DNA of 64,000 nucleotides from a virus, in IMG/VR virus record IMGVR_UViG_3300044911_002386, positions 64,001 to 128,000 of that record, one strand, 5' to 3'. The translations under genes and the position numbers were made by a program. Of this stretch, positions 28,983 through 38,500 are shown one piece after another. The notes below the pieces were generated by a model that saw only the letters and a program-made list of their open reading frames with translations, did not search any database and was not told where the DNA came from. Numbering within the stretch: position 1 is the first letter of the stretch; every line of letters starts with the position of its first letter.

Positions 28983-29912
28983 TTATTCTCCCGGGAATCG
29001 CAGATTTTCGATCAGGGGCTGATTTTCTAGTTTACCACCAGTCGCCACAATGATCATTTCGCTGTTGTTTAATTCTGCCGCGCCACTATCAAAGGGTACC
29101 ATTTTTATAGCTTCAGAATCCAGTTTCGTCCCAACGCGGAATGGCAGGGCCGTCAACATAGCCCCGATATTCTCCACAATGGATACCTGCGCTTTAGTAG
29201 CGTTTTCTGTCGTTCTTTCAATTTCAACATATTTGGCGAACGAGTCGATAAGCGGTAATTGTGTATGCGTGTTGGCCTGCACGGTAAGCGTCGCCAGTGC
29301 CGCCTTGTACTTCATGGCACTAATTGCAAAATCCTGGAAAAAGCCAGAGACGTTCTCAGGGTTTTGCGGGCGGCTGACCGGGCAAAATCTGTTAATGACG
29401 GCATCTAGCACCATCGGGCCGCCGTGATAACCCATTAACTTCCAGAGCAAGTCGTAGTGTCGTTCCTGCAATCCGCGAGTAACGGCATCACCCATCACGA
29501 CATTCACAACATAATCGGTGTGGGCCATCTTTTCGCGAACATCAAAAAATACGTTGATATACGCGTTAATAATCTCTGGCGTCGTGCCGACCTTAGCAGC
29601 AATCTCGGCGTCCGTTTCTCCTGCTAATACACGGGCTTCCACGGCCCACTTTGACGGTGCTTTATCCTCCACCCACAGTGAGTGGGCCCAGAACAATTCC
29701 GGGTCGCGGAGATGCAGGGCGTACAATGCTTGCGGCCTGCTGCCAGCTAACTCAAAATGCCGTTTCAGCCGGCTAGCACGGCGTACCCACTTAAAGCCTT
29801 CCGCACCGTCTAATTTGCGAGACGCCTTGGGCCCGCCGGCATCAATATTTACCGCCCGCAGCCACCGCCAACTAGGCGACCGTCGAGGGTTATCGCGAAG
29901 GGCGTTTAGCAT
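28983..29912 (-). CDS. Hypothetical protein (309 aa)
   Basis: Translationally coupled ORF; HTH-like segment DAEIAAKVGTTPEII. Confidence 0.75.
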   Translation of the reverse strand: MLNALRDNPRRSPSWRWLRAVNIDAGGPKASRKLDGAEGFKWVRRASRLKRHFELAGSRPQALYALHLRDPELFWAHSLWVEDKAPSKWAVEARVLAGETDAEIAAKVGTTPEIINAYINVFFDVREKMAHTDYVVNVVMGDAVTRGLQERHYDLLWKLMGYHGGPMVLDAVINRFCPVSRPQNPENVSGFFQDFAISAMKYKAALATLTVQANTHTQLPLIDSFAKYVEIERTTENATKAQVSIVENIGAMLTALPFRVGTKLDSEAIKMVPFDSGAAELNNSEMIIVATGGKLENQPLIENLRFPGE

Positions 29913-30295
29913 TAGCGCAGCGTCGGCGTGTCTACGGTGACAGAGAACACAAAGTTTTTAACTGCCGCCGTCGTAATTTTAAGATACAGGTAGCGCTGCG
30001 GATTAGTCGGCGAGCCGTCACGATTGAGATACGACACGTTTAAGTCGTTTTTAAAAGCCGCAGCCTGGTCAAACGTCAGCACTTTGAATGTGTCTGCCGG
30101 TAACGCGTTGTTCGGCGCCTTATCCTGCTTGCTCGAATACAGCGTGGCAGTGAAGTTACCTGTTGCACCACCAGCCGCCTCGACGAGGTTGTAGCCTTTT
30201 AAAACGCCACGATGCGGCATTGGAATGGCCACCGTCGTTGCCGACCCGGCATTCGTCGTAAACTCTTTACTGCCTGACCAAACTGTGCTGGGCAT
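29912..30295 (-). CDS. Hypothetical beta-sandwich protein
   Basis: 127 aa, beta-rich, RYLYLKI near the C-terminus; coupled to neighbours. Confidence 0.7.
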   Translation of the reverse strand: MPSTVWSGSKEFTTNAGSATTVAIPMPHRGVLKGYNLVEAAGGATGNFTATLYSSKQDKAPNNALPADTFKVLTFDQAAAFKNDLNVSYLNRDGSPTNPQRYLYLKITTAAVKNFVFSVTVDTPTLR

Positions 30296-30305
30296 AGTTC
30301 ACCTA

Positions 30306-32711
30306 TTAAGAGTTGGCAACGGGACCTAAGTCGACGTCGCTGTTGGCTTCTTCTGGATACGGCTCGATTGTCTTTTGCTTCAGGAACAAGATGACGTCGC
30401 CAAGCATCTCAAATGCGTTACGCAGCGAATCTTCCAGTTCCGGCATGTCGGCCTTGCCATAACGATCGGCAAACCGGTCGCCATGCCAATAAAACATAAA
30501 CAAGATGCGCCCCAGTTTGTCGAGGCCCTTTGTCAGTTCACCCATGTAGCGATCTACCATGCCGTCGTCGCGTACAGTTCGCAACATGGAGCCAATCATC
30601 GCTGTGTCAAATACTTCGCGTTGACCGCTTTGAGCGGCGTCGATTACCGAGCGTAAATCTTTTTGATCTAACTCAGTGTTCGGGTTGTAAACGCTGCGAT
30701 CCGTCTGACTAGCAGCCATGCCCGACACAGGCATACCGACGTCAATACCGAGTTGTGTTGGAACGCTCGTGCCCATGATGCTTTCGCCGCCCATGACCGC
30801 GCCGGGATCACTCGGAGCGTTCGGGGCACTGTTGATCATCATCGGGCTGCCGTACGGCTCGGCATATTTTACGCGGCACTCAAACTTTCGTTTATCAGCC
30901 GCTTGTTTCAGAATGTCGCGGGCGGCTTCTTCTCGTAAACCGTGCTGCCGTACTAACGACACCAGTGCCTGCTTTTCAGACAGTTCTTTTTCAACGAGTT
31001 GTTTTTGCCCGCTGTGAATCTCTACAGCGTGACCGTTATTTGTCACAGTTAAAGACGATGTTTTTTGCATCAACTCCATCTGGGCGTCAAGCAGGTTGCC
31101 CGGCATCAGCGGCGGATCTTTGCTTTCGCCGCAACCGCATGCACCCTGCCCTTCAGCCGAATCGACGTCGTCTTCGCCCGGCTCGCACTTCAGCATCTTG
31201 AACCCTTCCGGCACAAAGATGTCGCCCATGCTGGCACGCAGCGACGAACCCTTTTTACCGTTTAAATGCAGCCGCACGCCGTCGCGGTACTTGTCGTAAT
31301 TAAGCGGGTCAGAGTAGCAACACGGAGAAATGCTGCCCTTGGGCGGAAACTTTGTGTAATCCTCGAGATGCACTTCGTACACCGTCGAGCCATTTGTTTC
31401 GCCATATTCGCGAAGGCTCCGAACCGGGGCGGTAGTGTCGCCGCGCTTGTTAAGCAGCATTACGCGCGAGCGACCGGACGGAAGGCTTTTGGCTTCCGGA
31501 AGACCGTCATACCATTTGTCAAACTCTTCGCCCTCTACGCGGGAAAGTGCAAAAACATGGTCAGCCCGTGTGTTAATCCAGTCGGCTTTACCGTCAATGC
31601 GAACGACCGTGACGAAGTTAGACCGCTTGGCGGCACCCATCGGGAATACGGCCACGTAGCAGCGTTCAATATTGCCCGGCTTGACGAGGATTTCGTACAG
31701 ACCGCTCTCGGTCGGATTAAACAGCCGCTTCTCGACTTGGATATGGTAGGGAATCGAAACGTTGTCGCGATCCCGCTTGTCGAGAATCAGCACGCCGTCC
31801 CGCAAAAGTTTTTCCTGGTCTTCTTCTGTGTGACCCGGCGGTAACTTAGTCTGCACCGTCGTATCGAGCGTAATGACTTCAAGCGACTTTTCAGCCGCTG
31901 GCGTTTTGGGAGCCTCAGACAACACGCTCGCCACTTTTGTGCGGCTTACGCGAGCCGACGCCTGTGCTACGGCCTCTTTGACGATATTTAAACCGTGGAA
32001 CGAGTCGATGGCCTCGGCGAGTTCGGGGGCTTTCTTGCAGCTGTTAACCAGCGTGCTTAACATTTGCATGCTGGCTTCTTTTAAGAACGCCGGCAGGTTG
32101 ATCGCACTGCCAAGTTCGGCAAAAGCCTGGGCGGTATTCATCGTGGCCGATTTCGCAAATGCCGGCATGGCCGCAGTCATCATCTCTTTGAGCGTGGGCT
32201 GCGCCGAGCCGAACTTTGACGGGCTGCGGGAAAGTTGCGTGAAGTCCGGCTGCCGTTGGCCAAGATTCGACAGATTTCGATCGACGCCGTTGCCAAGGAT
32301 GTTCGGCTTTCGATTGATTAAATAGTTGATCCAGTTTTCTTTGAGCGGTACGAACATATCCTGATTTTTGATGTACAGGAGTTCGTGCCCTTTCAAGTCG
32401 CCGTTTAAAAAGAATACCGGGGCGTAAAGCCACTGGGCACCGACTTTAAAAGCAAATACGCCAACGGCTTTTGTGTTCTCGCGGTTGCGGTCCAATAATT
32501 GGAAACCGACTTCGTGATCAAGCAATTTGGGCGCTGAGTCACGCAAGTAAGCGTGGGCCAGGTTAGAAAACGCCTGTTCAAAAGAAGTGTCATCGCCACG
32601 GCCGCCAATTTCGGCCTGTTTGACTTGGCTGCGGTCGTGAGACCTAACTACCTTCAGCCAGTGCTGCCACGACGCTTCTTTTTTGCTTTTGTTGTACACG
32701 GCCACCTCCAT
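30306..32711 (-). CDS. Large putative virion protein (801 aa)
   Basis: Long ORF after the RNAP genes; K-x-A/S motifs (VKQAE, AKSA, LKEAS, TKVAS, QKTSS, VKYAE). May start at a GTG a few codons in (GGAGG). Confidence 0.75.
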   Translation of the reverse strand: MEVAVYNKSKKEASWQHWLKVVRSHDRSQVKQAEIGGRGDDTSFEQAFSNLAHAYLRDSAPKLLDHEVGFQLLDRNRENTKAVGVFAFKVGAQWLYAPVFFLNGDLKGHELLYIKNQDMFVPLKENWINYLINRKPNILGNGVDRNLSNLGQRQPDFTQLSRSPSKFGSAQPTLKEMMTAAMPAFAKSATMNTAQAFAELGSAINLPAFLKEASMQMLSTLVNSCKKAPELAEAIDSFHGLNIVKEAVAQASARVSRTKVASVLSEAPKTPAAEKSLEVITLDTTVQTKLPPGHTEEDQEKLLRDGVLILDKRDRDNVSIPYHIQVEKRLFNPTESGLYEILVKPGNIERCYVAVFPMGAAKRSNFVTVVRIDGKADWINTRADHVFALSRVEGEEFDKWYDGLPEAKSLPSGRSRVMLLNKRGDTTAPVRSLREYGETNGSTVYEVHLEDYTKFPPKGSISPCCYSDPLNYDKYRDGVRLHLNGKKGSSLRASMGDIFVPEGFKMLKCEPGEDDVDSAEGQGACGCGESKDPPLMPGNLLDAQMELMQKTSSLTVTNNGHAVEIHSGQKQLVEKELSEKQALVSLVRQHGLREEAARDILKQAADKRKFECRVKYAEPYGSPMMINSAPNAPSDPGAVMGGESIMGTSVPTQLGIDVGMPVSGMAASQTDRSVYNPNTELDQKDLRSVIDAAQSGQREVFDTAMIGSMLRTVRDDGMVDRYMGELTKGLDKLGRILFMFYWHGDRFADRYGKADMPELEDSLRNAFEMLGDVILFLKQKTIEPYPEEANSDVDLGPVANS

Positions 32712-32778
32712 GCGGCACTAAACGTAACGAAACGCTGACTGTTTACTACTTTAGCGTGTTACAGCCTATTATCCTACA

Positions 32779-34665
32779 TTAAACGCCTTCCGGCTTCCAC
32801 CCGCTTGTAACACCTGTAACGCCAAATTGCTCGCCGCGGGCTAAAGCCGGGACGTAACTGCTGCCGGCCGCGTCGCTCGTTAAACCGCGGTGTACGCTGT
32901 TCAGCAGGCCTTTTTCTTGATACGACCCCAGCATGCGCGTCATCCAGTCCGGGTCGTGTGAGATGTTTGACATTCCGCGAATCATTTCAGGCTGAAACGG
33001 TGGGGGTTCTTTGTGCGCCTGCACGCTCGCGATGTTGTACTTTTTTAAGTTTTCGTTGACAGATTTACTTATTTTTGTGCCGATAGAATAATGCAGCACG
33101 GGCCGCTCAAGATAATGCCCTGTTAACGTTGTAGGGTTGCCCGCAACGCTCCCCGGGCGCGGCTGCCAGTTGCGCTCCAGCATCGAATACGGCACAACGT
33201 CTTCTGGCGCGTGGTCGCCGTATTCGTCGAGCATGCGGACATGATTCACAATGCCTCGCGACAGCAATTCGATATTTCGGCGGTGCGGGCTCATGCCGCT
33301 GTTTTTCATAACTTGCCGCATAGCTTGCGTAAAGTAACGCCGGCCCTCGCCAATACCCTTGTGCTTAACAATCTCGGCCGGATTCGGCATGCCGTCTGAA
33401 ATCGCGTCGCCGGCTTCAAGTGTGTCGCCCTTTTTAACGGCGACAGTGCGGTCGGCCCCGACGTAGTGTTCTTCGCCGTCGATGGTGACGTATACGCCGC
33501 CTTGCGGTGCTTGGCGGATCTCCTGCACTTTGCCGTCGCGCTGGGCGTGAGCGGCGCCATCCGGGTATGTCTTCGGCACCTGTACCAAGGCATTTAACGC
33601 CTTGAAGCCAGAAATAGACCCGGCACCGCCGACACCGCCAGAATGCTTCGACGACAATTGCCCCTGCGATACCGGCTCGGAGAGCGCCTGAACTGCTGCA
33701 ATTCCAACGTAGTCACCGGCCGGCGGTAGCCGGCCCTTTTCGCGAAATCCGACGTCTTTAGCGAAAACTCCGCCGTCACTCGGACCGCCCACAGTCGGGC
33801 TGCGGACAAGAATATCCTTGACGCCCATTTTTTTAATGTCTTGCAGGATTTTGGGCGTCAGGACCGTGTTTCGTTTATACGGCCCCGCAGGTCGCGAAAG
33901 CAGGGCACCTTCGTTATCCGGGTCATCGACGTCTGTAGGGAAGCCACGCTCGCTCGCTGTGCTGTTCCATTCTTCGTCATCGTCATCGTCGGCGGTAACG
34001 AGCAGGCGGTGCGCCATTTGGGTCAATTGCTTGCCGTAAAAGCCGGCGTCTGCCGTAGCCGTCTTAGTATCAATTACACCCTTGCGGGCGCCGAAGGCGC
34101 CCGCAAAATACTCGGCGGGTCTTAAGCCTCGGCTGTAACTGTGCAGCACCGGCAAAGGAATCGGATCGTTTTTGTGGTCGACATATTGCATGTCGGCACC
34201 AATGATCGAATTCAGCGAGTATTTATTGCCGACACCAGACCCCAACACCTGGTGCATCAAAGGATTATCATTACCTTTAGCCTCGGCATAAACGTCCTCT
34301 ACTAGTTTCTGCTGAATAGTTGAGGCTAGTTCTAGGATCTTCTGCGTTCGCTGTTCTTCGGAGAATTTGCCGTTCGCCATGATCGCACGCAGACCGGCAC
34401 GAGCCTTTATCTGGGCATGGCGAGCGGCAAGCGTCTGCTTAATATCTTTGAGCCCGAAAGACAGGCCGCCGGTCGTATGGGCCGACTCGTGAGCGACGTC
34501 GTGCAGCCGCTTCATGACATCTCGATATTTGTCTGGGTACTGCTCGGCTAGTTTTGTCGCCAAGGCACCCATCGTCTTTTTATCTAAGACACGATCGTAG
34601 TCCCGCAGATCTTCCGGGAGTGCGTCGTTAATCAGAATTTGACCAAGCGTGGTTTTTAACATCAC
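32779..34665 (-). CDS. rpoC: Phage RNA polymerase beta-prime subunit, C-terminal part
   Basis: Bridge helix GLRPAEYFAGAFGARKGVIDTKTATADAGFYGKQL; trigger loop VGIAAVQALSEPVSQGQLSSKHSGG; VRSP; HRRNIELL. Confidence 0.92.
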   Translation of the reverse strand: MMLKTTLGQILINDALPEDLRDYDRVLDKKTMGALATKLAEQYPDKYRDVMKRLHDVAHESAHTTGGLSFGLKDIKQTLAARHAQIKARAGLRAIMANGKFSEEQRTQKILELASTIQQKLVEDVYAEAKGNDNPLMHQVLGSGVGNKYSLNSIIGADMQYVDHKNDPIPLPVLHSYSRGLRPAEYFAGAFGARKGVIDTKTATADAGFYGKQLTQMAHRLLVTADDDDDEEWNSTASERGFPTDVDDPDNEGALLSRPAGPYKRNTVLTPKILQDIKKMGVKDILVRSPTVGGPSDGGVFAKDVGFREKGRLPPAGDYVGIAAVQALSEPVSQGQLSSKHSGGVGGAGSISGFKALNALVQVPKTYPDGAAHAQRDGKVQEIRQAPQGGVYVTIDGEEHYVGADRTVAVKKGDTLEAGDAISDGMPNPAEIVKHKGIGEGRRYFTQAMRQVMKNSGMSPHRRNIELLSRGIVNHVRMLDEYGDHAPEDVVPYSMLERNWQPRPGSVAGNPTTLTGHYLERPVLHYSIGTKISKSVNENLKKYNIASVQAHKEPPPFQPEMIRGMSNISHDPDWMTRMLGSYQEKGLLNSVHRGLTSDAAGSSYVPALARGEQFGVTGVTSGWKPEGV

Positions 34666-34901
34666 GGTGTCCAGATAATATCTTGAAGCGGCTTGGGTTT
34701 AAATTCTGTTATTTTTACAGTCTTAGTAATGCCGAGAGATCGAAGCACGGACTGGAAGTCGGGGTCATTTACCGTGGAAAACACAATTGACTCGGTCAGT
34801 TGTGTTGCCACGATAATTGGATTACCCATGTCGTCTTCAATTACGACGCTATGGGCCGGCGTGTCCGCTGGTTGCAGGTTAAATTGCGTTTTAACCCGCA
34901 T
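34662..34901 (-). CDS. Hypothetical protein (79 aa) between RNAP genes
   Basis: GGAG RBS; stop overlaps the beta'-C start (GTGA). Confidence 0.7.
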   Translation of the reverse strand: MRVKTQFNLQPADTPAHSVVIEDDMGNPIIVATQLTESIVFSTVNDPDFQSVLRSLGITKTVKITEFKPKPLQDIIWTP

Positions 34902-35535
34902 TGCTCTCTAAACTCCTCCGTAACGCCTTGATCGCCGACGCCTTGGTATGCAGATCTAAAATCTGACCGGCATTCCAGTTGGCACCTTTCGCCATCTCAG
35001 GCGGCATAGCCTCGGGAGGCATACCACCGGGAGGCATACCAGCCGCGGCAGGGTCTTGCGGCGGAGGCGGAGCCATAGGACCGCCGGGGAGAGCCGATTC
35101 GGCAGGCGGGGCACCAGTCGTGCCCGGAGGAAGAACAAGCGACTCAGGAGCGACTTGCACGCCCATGGCGTTCATAATCGATGTTAACTGCTGTTGCATG
35201 TTGTACAGCCGCATATCGATCATCTGCATCATCTGCTCAGGCTTTAACTTCTGGCCGCCGGCCGGCGCAGCGGGAGCGGGCGCAGCCGCAGGCATCGCAG
35301 CGGGGGCGGGAGCACCTCCCATTGCAGCCATCGCGGTGGCCGGATCAACCGGTGCAGCCGGGCCGGCGGGTGGAACGGCACCCATAGCAGCCGGGTCCAT
35401 AGGCGGCGCACCGCCCATAGAAGGATCAACAGGCGGGGCTGCACCCATAGACGGGTCACCGCCGCCAGGCGGAACGACGGCCGACTTCTCGAATTGATCG
35501 CGGGCCATCGACATTAAATACGGGTTGATCGCCAT
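34891..35535 (-). CDS. Pro/Ala/Met-rich low-complexity protein between RNAP genes
   Basis: ATG 35535 with GGGAGG RBS; EKSA near the N-terminus, AKGA near the C-terminus, short coiled coil IDMRLYNMQQQL. Confidence 0.7.
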   Translation of the reverse strand: MAINPYLMSMARDQFEKSAVVPPGGGDPSMGAAPPVDPSMGGAPPMDPAAMGAVPPAGPAAPVDPATAMAAMGGAPAPAAMPAAAPAPAAPAGGQKLKPEQMMQMIDMRLYNMQQQLTSIMNAMGVQVAPESLVLPPGTTGAPPAESALPGGPMAPPPPQDPAAAGMPPGGMPPEAMPPEMAKGANWNAGQILDLHTKASAIKALRRSLESNAG

Positions 35536-35551
35536 GAAAGCCTCCCTGTGT

Positions 35552-38500
35552 CTATTTATCTTCCACAATGTGTACGGGCGTGTCTACGTTGATTTCGCCG
35601 CGCCGGTAAGCCGCCACAGCCTCTAGTTTGCTTTTAAACACGCGTGGTTTACTGCGTTGATTTATTCTACTCGATGCTAGGTACAGCCCAGTCTGGTAAT
35701 CCTTGTTTGGAACGTAGTGAGCCTTGAAGCTGGACGTACTAAACAAGTTCTTACTAGGTAACATCTTATCAAGTGCTTCTTTTGCCGCCTCATTTGTGCT
35801 GGGAACGTGATATTGCATAGCGTCCCCGTCAAAATCTGCACCAAACCCCTTCGTGATTACCGGGTTAACCTCCATGACCTTATTTTTGGTCAAGCGCGGT
35901 TTAAATGCCATCACGCCGTAGCGGTGCAAGACGGGCGCCCGGTTAATTACAATGGGCTTAGCGTTCATCTGGGTGTTTAATTCGTCGAAGGCGGCTTTGT
36001 TTTTGTCTTCAACAGCCTGGAGTGCCTGCATTCGAGGTAAGCCACGACGAACAAGGCCGCGAATAACAAACGGCTTGTAGATATCCCAGGCTTTCTCTTC
36101 AGGCAGGGCTACTTCGTCCATATCCAGATCAGAGTTCGGCGTAATGACAGCGCGGCCGACCAAGTCAACAGTGCTCGAAAGCAGTTTTCGCTGCATGGTG
36201 CCGAATTTAGGACTGTCGCCGAAGATCTTGGCTAAAAACCCCTGGACGTTCTTTTCGACGTTCTTGGGGTTAGTCGGAGCACCTAAGCCAGTCACACCCT
36301 TCATTGAGTTGTAAACAGCCAGCCGCTCGTCGCCATAGTCTGATAAGGCCCCAGATGCTTCTTTCAGTGTTGAATTAGCATCAAATAACTCTTTGTAAAG
36401 GTAATTGGGGTTATCTACGAGCGGGAGCTTCTTTGGCCCCATCGTCGACACAGGGCGGAAAGCAGGCGGAATAACTGGAACCTGATTAATCATCCAGTCT
36501 TTCGGATGGATATTGGTCGATTCGGCTGACTTAAGGAATCCAAGGCGCCGAACAGCCTCATCCCGAACTGTCTTCCGACCAGACTTGATGTCTTCCCTTG
36601 CCTGCTCGATGGCTTTAGGGAGATTAATGCTGGCCAGGGCTTGTTGAATAGCCTTGGGGCCTGTTGCGTCACCCAGTTGTTCCCGGCCGGCCAAGATCCC
36701 CAGGAATTTCTTCTCTGTCAGGCCCAAGACGCGGCGAATAGGTTCTTCCATGACGGGATTGGGCATCGGCTCTTGAAGCGTAATCTTTGCCCACCGACTG
36801 CCGCCATGACCGCCCGTAAGTGACTCATCAAACAAGCCGCCTTTAATGGGCTTGAGATTTCCCTTCCAATCGACAGTCTCGGCGCTCTTGAGTTCCCGGT
36901 CGCCTGTAAGGGCCGCGGCGTCTTTGTCTGTCATGGCCATAATGTGCGTCTTGGTTCCAGTCCGCACAGTATTGATGCCAGCACCCTTTAATTGATTTAC
37001 GAACTTCTCATACACGTGTGGAACCTTGGGCAGCGGAGCGTCATACCCGGCCATGAATTGCGACCAGTACTCAGGGTTCGCTTGGCCACGTACCATCTTG
37101 GCGTCGCGGATTACTTTGCCAGCACCGTGCGAAAGCAAAGCCCCCAGTTCCAGCATGCCGACACGCTTTGCACCCTCAGAGCCGCCTTTGGCCGGTGTAC
37201 CTTCGGCTGTATAACCCGCCATCGCTCGGCCCTGGCCTTTGGATTCAGCCGTGTGGTGCAGTTTCATGAAAAACCGCTGGCCAGTTAATATTCCAGGAAT
37301 TTTATGGCCGCTCTCTGGGTTAATAACTTCTTCGGTGTCAGATAACCCGTGCTTGGCGAGTTCCTGCTGTGCAAACTCGACCAGGTCTTTCTCACTGTCG
37401 AAATCTTTGATCTTGTACGGTTTACCGGTCTTAGCCGCGACTTTACCCAACGCTGCTTCAATAATCTGGGCAGGGTTCACGCGTGAAATTAAACCAAGCG
37501 GGCTGACAAGCACTTCAAATGGGTTGCCGTCTTTGTCGTGCGGCATTTGATTATCCGGCACAACTTCCGCAATGACGCCCTTATCCCCGTAGCGACCAGT
37601 TAACTTATCGCCCGACTCCATCTGGGCCTGGCTCTTTACAACCACGGACACGCCCTTCTTTGTGTGCTCGACGTCAGTGACAATACCTGGCGAATGATGG
37701 TCCCAGGTCAGCGTGTCATTCGAGAAACTACCTGCCCGGCCGCGGTGCACTTTTCCGTACACCTGTTCTTTCTTTTTGGCGACTAGCACTAACGGGTCGC
37801 CGAAGTTGACGGTCGTGCCTTTTTTGATCGCGCCCTGGTCGTCAAAGTTATCGAGCAGTTTTTTGTCGTACTCACTGGGAAACAGACTGACAAACGCCTT
37901 TTTACCGACGTGCGTGTTGTCGTCCCACTCGGCCTCGTTCTGGTACATGTGCTCAGACGTTAGGCGCTTGGCCGCGGATTCCGAGATCACGATGGCGTCT
38001 TCGTAGTTCTTGCCGCGGAAAGGCACATACGCCACACGCATATTCATGCCGAGGGCTGCCGCTCCGCTCTTATCGGTAAAGTTGCTTGTGGCGATAATCT
38101 GGCCGGGTTTAATCACGTCGCCGGGCTGAACGGCTGCTTTTTGCGTCCAGAACGTCTTCCGATTAAACGGCATGTCGTTGTACAAGTCGACGGTCTTTTT
38201 CGTACCGTCACGCAGCCGAAGAACAATGTTGTCGGGTGTAACCTGTAGCACCTCGGCAGGCTCGTCTGCTTTAACCGTGCCCATCTTGGCGCCGATCAGA
38301 TCTTCGTGCGATATGTTCTCGTCGTCATTTGTAGCAGACTGTACGAGCGGGGCTTCGGCGTTTACGAGCGGCAAAGCCTGTGTAAACATTCGAGCGCCCA
38401 TGATCACGCGCTGCCCTTTGACCATAGACTTCATCGGCACCATGTTTGTAAGTGCCGAGAAAGTGTTGTCCATGTTCGGAACGGTGTACTGTGCGTCTTT

